From Clostridia bacterium (GTDB taxonomy: Bacteria > Bacillota > Clostridia > UMGS1840): a stretch of 64,000 nt of DNA. Below are positions 60,101 through 64,000 of this stretch, in pieces (within the stretch, counting starts at the first letter, position 1; every line of letters starts with the position of its first letter). The DNA lies in assembly GCA_017936745.1 (NCBI GenBank), contig JAGBEY010000016.1:69258-133257 (forward strand). The letters are read 5' to 3'. The position numbers and the translations under genes are program-made. A model generated the notes under the pieces. That model made no database searches. It saw only the letters and a program-made list of their open reading frames with translations, and was not told where the DNA came from.

Positions 60101-62086
60101 CATAGGCTTACTGCCGTCGTAGTTCACTAACTGCAGAGCAGTACAACCGGAAAAGACATTTTCACCAATGGTATTCACACTAACACCAATGGAAATTTCG
60201 CTAAGATTAGAGCAACCGGAAAACGCTTCTTCCCGGATTGCAGTAATGGTTTTGGTCAATTCTATCTTGGTTAAGCCAATACAATTTTTAAAAGCAGCTT
60301 TTCCCACACTGGTAGGCTGAGACGGAAACTGCACAGAAGTCAGTGCGGTACAATCGGCAAAGCCGTTGATAGTACGAATGTTTTCAGGAAATACTACCTG
60401 TGTAATTTTATTACATCCACGAAATGCATTTTCACCGATGGAGGTTAACCCCTCGGGAAATTCCACTTCATCCAATAAAGTACAATAGCCAAAAGCAGAG
60501 TCCCCAATGGTTTTTAAAGCATCAGGAAAACGGATTTCAGATAAGGATTTACACTCTAAAAATGCACCCACGCCGATTTCTGTAACACCTTCGGGCAATA
60601 CCACCCCATCCAGTGCTGTACAACCACCAAAGGCAGCACTGCCAATGGCGGTGACTCCCGCCGGTATGGAAATCTCAGTTAACGAACTGCAAAAACGGAA
60701 AGTTCCGGAAGCTATCTGCTTGAGCGTTGAGGGGAGCGGAACAGTTTTTAAGGAAGAACAGCAAAAAAACATATTCTCTCCGGTGGATAGCAGCCCCTCA
60801 GCCAAGGAAACGGAGGTTAATGCCGTACACTCGTAAAAAACGCTACCTCCAATGGTTTCCGGTGCACCTTCAAAGGTAACCGTTTCCAGATTTTCGGCAT
60901 ATTCAAATGCACCGTCTCCAATGGATTTCACGGTTTCGGGAAGTGTAAGGGAGGTATCCTGCATCCGGGAAAAGGCATAGCTGCCGATGGTTTCCAGGCT
61001 GTTTCCCAAAACCAATTCCTGCATGTTATTTTCAAAGAAAGCATAGCTACCTACAGAAATAAGAGAGTCCGGTAAAATAACAGACTTAAGACCGGAACCG
61101 GAAAAAGCTTCGTCTCCAATGGAAAGCAAGCCCTCCGGGAAAGTCGCTCCCTGCAAGTGAGTTCCCAAAAATGCACCTTTTCCAATATGTTTTAAACTGC
61201 TTGGTAACACCAAACGGATATCTTCATTGGGAAAATTGGCAAACATCCAATCAGAAACAGAGGTAATTCCCTCGTGAATAGAAATGGTGTGAATCATATG
61301 GATATAGTCATACCAAGTGTCATCTGTGCCTGTATACGTTCCTTTTGGGGCATAATGGAGGCATCCTCTTGCGTCCAGCTTCCAACTGGTAACCGAGGAT
61401 TCCCCAGAAACCACAGTATCATCCTCGTCGGCACAAATGGTATTAGCACGAATCCAGGAATTGCCACTTTCAAAGGAGATTGTACTCCACTGCCCTACAC
61501 TGCCGGCATAATATGCCTCAGAAAGAGCCGCACAGCTATCAAATGCATAACTTCCTATAGATTGCAGATTGAGATTGAAAAAAACTCTTACTAAATTCAA
61601 ACACCTGTCAAAGGCGCCCTGACCGATATGAGTAACATTTTCGCCAAAGGTCACCGAGCGCAAGCCGTAGCAGTATGCGAACGCATAATCACCGATGGTG
61701 GTTACCTTATCCCCAATGACCAGATCAACAAACCCGTCGCACGCCCGAAAAGCATAGCTACCAATTTTGGTAACAGAGTCAGGAATGGTAAATTCGGTTA
61801 CTTTGAGACAACCAAAAAAAGCACTGTCTCCAATGGTGGTAACCCCCTCCTGAATCACAACCTTTCTCATTTCGTCACGATAAGAGTACCAAGGGACATC
61901 CTCATACGATGCATAGTCGGTCATCGCTCCCGTACCGGAAATGGTCAACGTCCCCGAAGTGTAACTCCAAATCAGATTATCACCGCAGATGCCGTCCGCT
62001 TGCGCCGAAGCACTGATAGGAGAAATTACACACAAACTCATCAGTAAGCATACGCTAATGAGCAGTGCAAAAAGTCTTTTTTTCAT
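57185..62086 (-). CDS. Secreted BspA/TpLRR leucine-rich repeat surface protein with InlB-B-like repeat
   Basis: Sec signal peptide ending ASA; many IGxxAFxxCxxLxxxxxPxxL repeats; GYTLAGWAT B-repeat-like segment. Confidence 0.9.
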   Translation of the reverse strand: MKKRLFALLISVCLLMSLCVISPISASAQADGICGDNLIWSYTSGTLTISGTGAMTDYASYEDVPWYSYRDEMRKVVIQEGVTTIGDSAFFGCLKVTEFTIPDSVTKIGSYAFRACDGFVDLVIGDKVTTIGDYAFAYCYGLRSVTFGENVTHIGQGAFDRCLNLVRVFFNLNLQSIGSYAFDSCAALSEAYYAGSVGQWSTISFESGNSWIRANTICADEDDTVVSGESSVTSWKLDARGCLHYAPKGTYTGTDDTWYDYIHMIHTISIHEGITSVSDWMFANFPNEDIRLVLPSSLKHIGKGAFLGTHLQGATFPEGLLSIGDEAFSGSGLKSVILPDSLISVGSYAFFENNMQELVLGNSLETIGSYAFSRMQDTSLTLPETVKSIGDGAFEYAENLETVTFEGAPETIGGSVFYECTALTSVSLAEGLLSTGENMFFCCSSLKTVPLPSTLKQIASGTFRFCSSLTEISIPAGVTAIGSAAFGGCTALDGVVLPEGVTEIGVGAFLECKSLSEIRFPDALKTIGDSAFGYCTLLDEVEFPEGLTSIGENAFRGCNKITQVVFPENIRTINGFADCTALTSVQFPSQPTSVGKAAFKNCIGLTKIELTKTITAIREEAFSGCSNLSEISIGVSVNTIGENVFSGCTALQLVNYDGSKPMFERIKLGNGNQCLINAQLNCLVSDDVVAQGTCGANLTWKLNSQGILTISGSGEMDDYGISPLGETPPPWKPYAKSIVAVLIEDGVSDIGDYAFYCNTTDYLYRNLVSVSIPDSVTAIGDGAFSMSGLSTLNLEKQTLTIGSGAFSGCDNLDTVRIVVENLTMEDSVFSGCDNLQSVEMIGGLTAVESRTFYSCPALSQVILPDSITVIGTYAFEGCVSLSQFTFPASLTTIDDCAFWGCSALLEVSFSSKITALGVCAFQKCISLKEVTVPQNLTSKENNIFADCSGLEFVHLENSTLDWKTNDFSRCTSLKEITVSDTNSMYTTLDGVLFNKNMTTLIWYPAQKSQAYYELPQTVTTIGRYAFSDGANLMSILLHDNLTTLNEFVFCGNTGLKEVTVPASVTTMGGDVFLDCTALEEATILASVSVAPRLFSGCTALKRAFLPDTLTNGGVGMFRNCSSLEFVSLPECLTQISAEMFYQCASLSALTIPDTVTVVGQAAFSDCSSLTDITLPEGVTTINTYTFYGCTSLEKATIGKNVTAIGNYAFHNCNRLTDVHFNGSKGMWSAITVGTNNTPIQNAKVTFSDYSNVIYSGQCGDHVYWNITSDKILTIWGYGRMYDYEPYVAAKRAPWYSLSKYFTSVTVKEGVTSIGKAAFYSLYYNKTVSLPDTVTEIGSYAFYNCKLAEIILPNGITKIPGNCFQNSTLLTTVYIPEGVTAIDGYAFSGCTGLTDIFLPNSLETIKTYAFSGCSKLAKIGLGSNLKTVESYAFSGCSALKTVYYIGTETAWNQINIGTTSNDQLINAPRAYNYQSAVLVFHLGENAVKTIPTIKKRAVTLTQPLPAELGYTLAGWATTENATTPKYADGSTFTMGNGVTNLYPVVQKSVYTDTKVSTVDGKKTYAVTPVNLPEGTAVTLACYRGKQLVYVTGAVYTGDVLSYPVSTSYQYDSVKVLTSSGTSYLVPVTQAEVLE

Positions 62087-62125
62087 CTTTCAACCTCCAA
62101 AATATTATTTCAGAAATATCATCAT

Positions 62126-62166
62126 ATACACTGTTTCAGTGTATCACATTTCTTCTTTTTTGTCTA
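62126..62166 (-). promoter_or_regulatory. Sigma-A promoter of the LRR gene with overlapping inverted repeat
   Basis: TAGACA-17 bp-TACACT with TG extension; perfect inverted repeat ATACACTG-ttt-CAGTGTAT (62126-62144). Confidence 0.6.
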
Positions 62167-62178
62167 TAAATTTCCATA

Positions 62179-62220
62179 AAAAAACTGCTGTGAAAAAAAT
62201 TTTTTTCACAGCAGTTTTTT
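62179..62220. terminator. Intrinsic terminator (perfect 42-bp palindrome)
   Basis: AAAAAACTGCTGTGAAAAAAA|TTTTTTTCACAGCAGTTTTTT, directly after the decarboxylase stop codon. Confidence 0.8.
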
Positions 62221-63493
62221 ATTTTACTACTTCGATAAACTCCTGATTCAGATACGAAATTGCCTCTTTTGAAATAGTTTCTCCAATCGTAATAAGCGGG
62301 ACACAAGGCGGAAACTGTGTCACATTTTCTTTGGACACTCTGCCTGCTGCCTCCCTCACAGGAATGATTTCCCCCTCCCGGAAATAAGCCTCACGGGGTG
62401 TCATCGTCTGGGAAAGCTTTAACAGCGGAATCTGAATTTTTTCTTTCGGTTCACTATCCATCAATTTCATAGAACACAACGCATTCTGAAGAATTTCCAC
62501 CTCCTGCACACGGTTACAGGGCGAAAACATAAAAAGCAGATTGTTCCCAAATACCCCCTCAAGATAAATGGAATACTGTTCTTCCAGAATGGTCTGAATT
62601 TCTCCGGCGGAAAGATTCACGCCGTCACAATTGATAAGCAGCTTATAACAATCATCATTTTCTAAAATGTGTAAATTTGTTTCCGAACAAAGTGCTTGCT
62701 TCAATTCTTTGATTTTATGTAATATCGTATCATCACCATAAAGCTGTTCCCCATACATCCCTGCATAATCCAAGGAAGAAAGAATGGGATACGAGGGACT
62801 GGTGGTGGTAACCATATTGATTGCCTGTTTCACCCGTTTCGGAGAAATCCCTCCCGCATAAAGAGCCAGCACAGCTCCCTGATTCAGAGTGGGCATTGTT
62901 TTATGAAAGCTTAAAATGCTCATATCTGCCACATAGGTGCGAAACTTCGCCAAAGCATCACAGAAATAAAAATGTGCACCGTGAGATTCATCCTGAATGA
63001 GCACGGCATCCCCCACTTTGTTTCGGATAGCATCCATATCGGAAACCTCACCATAATAGGTGGGAGAAGTGACAATCACTGTTTTTTCTCCGCTGTAGGT
63101 GATATCCTCTGCCGTCAGGGGTCTGGGTATTCCAAATTCCAAATTTTCTTTGGGATACACAAACTTCGGCACACCACCGCACAAAATTAACGCATTCAGT
63201 ACCGAAGCATGACAATTTCGGTCTACCAGGACTGTCTCATTTTCCCTAACCGTTGCCAAAATACTTGCCAGAATACCACTGGATGCACCATTAGTCAGAA
63301 AAAAAGCCTCTCTTGCACTCAACTTTTTTGCCATAGCCTCCTGGGCTTGCTGGATAATCCCCTCAGGGCACATCAGATTATCCGTACCCGATAATTCGGT
63401 CACATCTTTGATGGAAATGGGAATCTGTCCCTTATGCCCGGGCATATGAAAGGAAATTTCCTGAAACTGATTGAGAAATTCATAAATTGCCAT
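62219..63493 (-). CDS. PLP-dependent Orn/Lys/Arg decarboxylase (YaaO-like)
   Basis: FHMPGHK, DVTEL, RNCHAS, SPTYYG, DESHG, PLP lysine in SFHKT, and TTSPSY. Start at MAIYEF (RBS GGGGAG). Confidence 0.88.
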   Translation of the reverse strand: MAIYEFLNQFQEISFHMPGHKGQIPISIKDVTELSGTDNLMCPEGIIQQAQEAMAKKLSAREAFFLTNGASSGILASILATVRENETVLVDRNCHASVLNALILCGGVPKFVYPKENLEFGIPRPLTAEDITYSGEKTVIVTSPTYYGEVSDMDAIRNKVGDAVLIQDESHGAHFYFCDALAKFRTYVADMSILSFHKTMPTLNQGAVLALYAGGISPKRVKQAINMVTTTSPSYPILSSLDYAGMYGEQLYGDDTILHKIKELKQALCSETNLHILENDDCYKLLINCDGVNLSAGEIQTILEEQYSIYLEGVFGNNLLFMFSPCNRVQEVEILQNALCSMKLMDSEPKEKIQIPLLKLSQTMTPREAYFREGEIIPVREAAGRVSKENVTQFPPCVPLITIGETISKEAISYLNQEFIEVVK

Positions 63494-63506
63494 ACGCAAG
63501 CTCCCC

Positions 63507-64000
63507 TTAGTCTGCCATTCGATTTTCCACATCCCGATAGCTGATTGCTTCAGCCAGGTGGTGGAGTTCAATCACTTCTGATTCATCTAAATCGGCAATG
63601 GTTCTGGCTACCTTGATAATTTTATCATAACCACGGGCGGTGAGACCCAGCATAGAAAACGCCTGCTTCAGCATTGCCTCTGCCTGAGGTGTTAAGGGGC
63701 AGTATTGTTTCACCATGGGAGCGGTCAACTCCGCATTGGTTAAAATCCCCTCTTTTTGATAGCGTTTCTTCTGAATTTCTCTGGCTTTCATAACACGTTT
63801 TCGGATTTCCGCTGTGGACTCTGCTTTTTCCAGAGACGCAATTTCATCATAATTAACAGCAGGCACTTCAATTTGAATATCAATACGGTCCAGAAGCGGT
63901 CCGGAAATTTTCTTCTGATATCGGTTTATCTGGTCTAAGGTACAACTGCATTCTTTAACAGCAGAGCCGTAATATCCACAAGGACAAGGGTTCATTGCCG
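63507..64000 (-). CDS. comM: YifB/ComM Mg-chelatase-like AAA+ ATPase (5' part outside window)
   Basis: MNPCPCG, ISGPLLDRIDI and ARTIADL. Confidence 0.9.
   Translation of the reverse strand, partial: AMNPCPCGYYGSAVKECSCTLDQINRYQKKISGPLLDRIDIQIEVPAVNYDEIASLEKAESTAEIRKRVMKAREIQKKRYQKEGILTNAELTAPMVKQYCPLTPQAEAMLKQAFSMLGLTARGYDKIIKVARTIADLDESEVIELHHLAEAISYRDVENRMAD

Noticed and set aside
62189-62210. Rex-like TGTGAA...TTCACA site
   Set aside because: The spacer is 10 bp rather than 4 bp, and it is simply part of the terminator stem.

Overview
A 64-kb chromosomal segment from a spore-forming, anaerobic Firmicute (Clostridia-like gene content and order). It consists mostly of housekeeping genes on the minus strand: miaA-mutL-mutS-miaB, PPi-PFK/ppa, hemZ, clpC, the rlmN-stp-prkC-rsgA-rpe-thiN-spoVM cluster, rnfCDGEAB, ahcY/PNP/purL, ligA and ecfAA'T-truA. 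Two plus-strand blocks carry a gerA-C-B germinant receptor operon and a second type IIA topoisomerase pair followed by ychF-tgt-rlmB. Near the right end is a large BspA-type LRR surface protein. I saw no rRNA, tRNA, CRISPR array, transposase or prophage. The best candidate for something undescribed is a four-gene unit with its own promoter and operator-like palindrome. It encodes a HisB/IGPD-fold protein with a remodelled active site, a large-cap HAD phosphatase, an orphan Fe-S hydro-lyase beta subunit and RadC. Other notable items are an unannotated 24-aa SpoVM with a small membrane-protein partner, a PPi-PFK adjacent to a soluble PPase, a non-canonical topoisomerase II pair, a four-module LRR protein with an unrecognised C-terminal domain, and a small palindromic repeat family. 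All product calls come from motif recognition by eye; no database searches were run.
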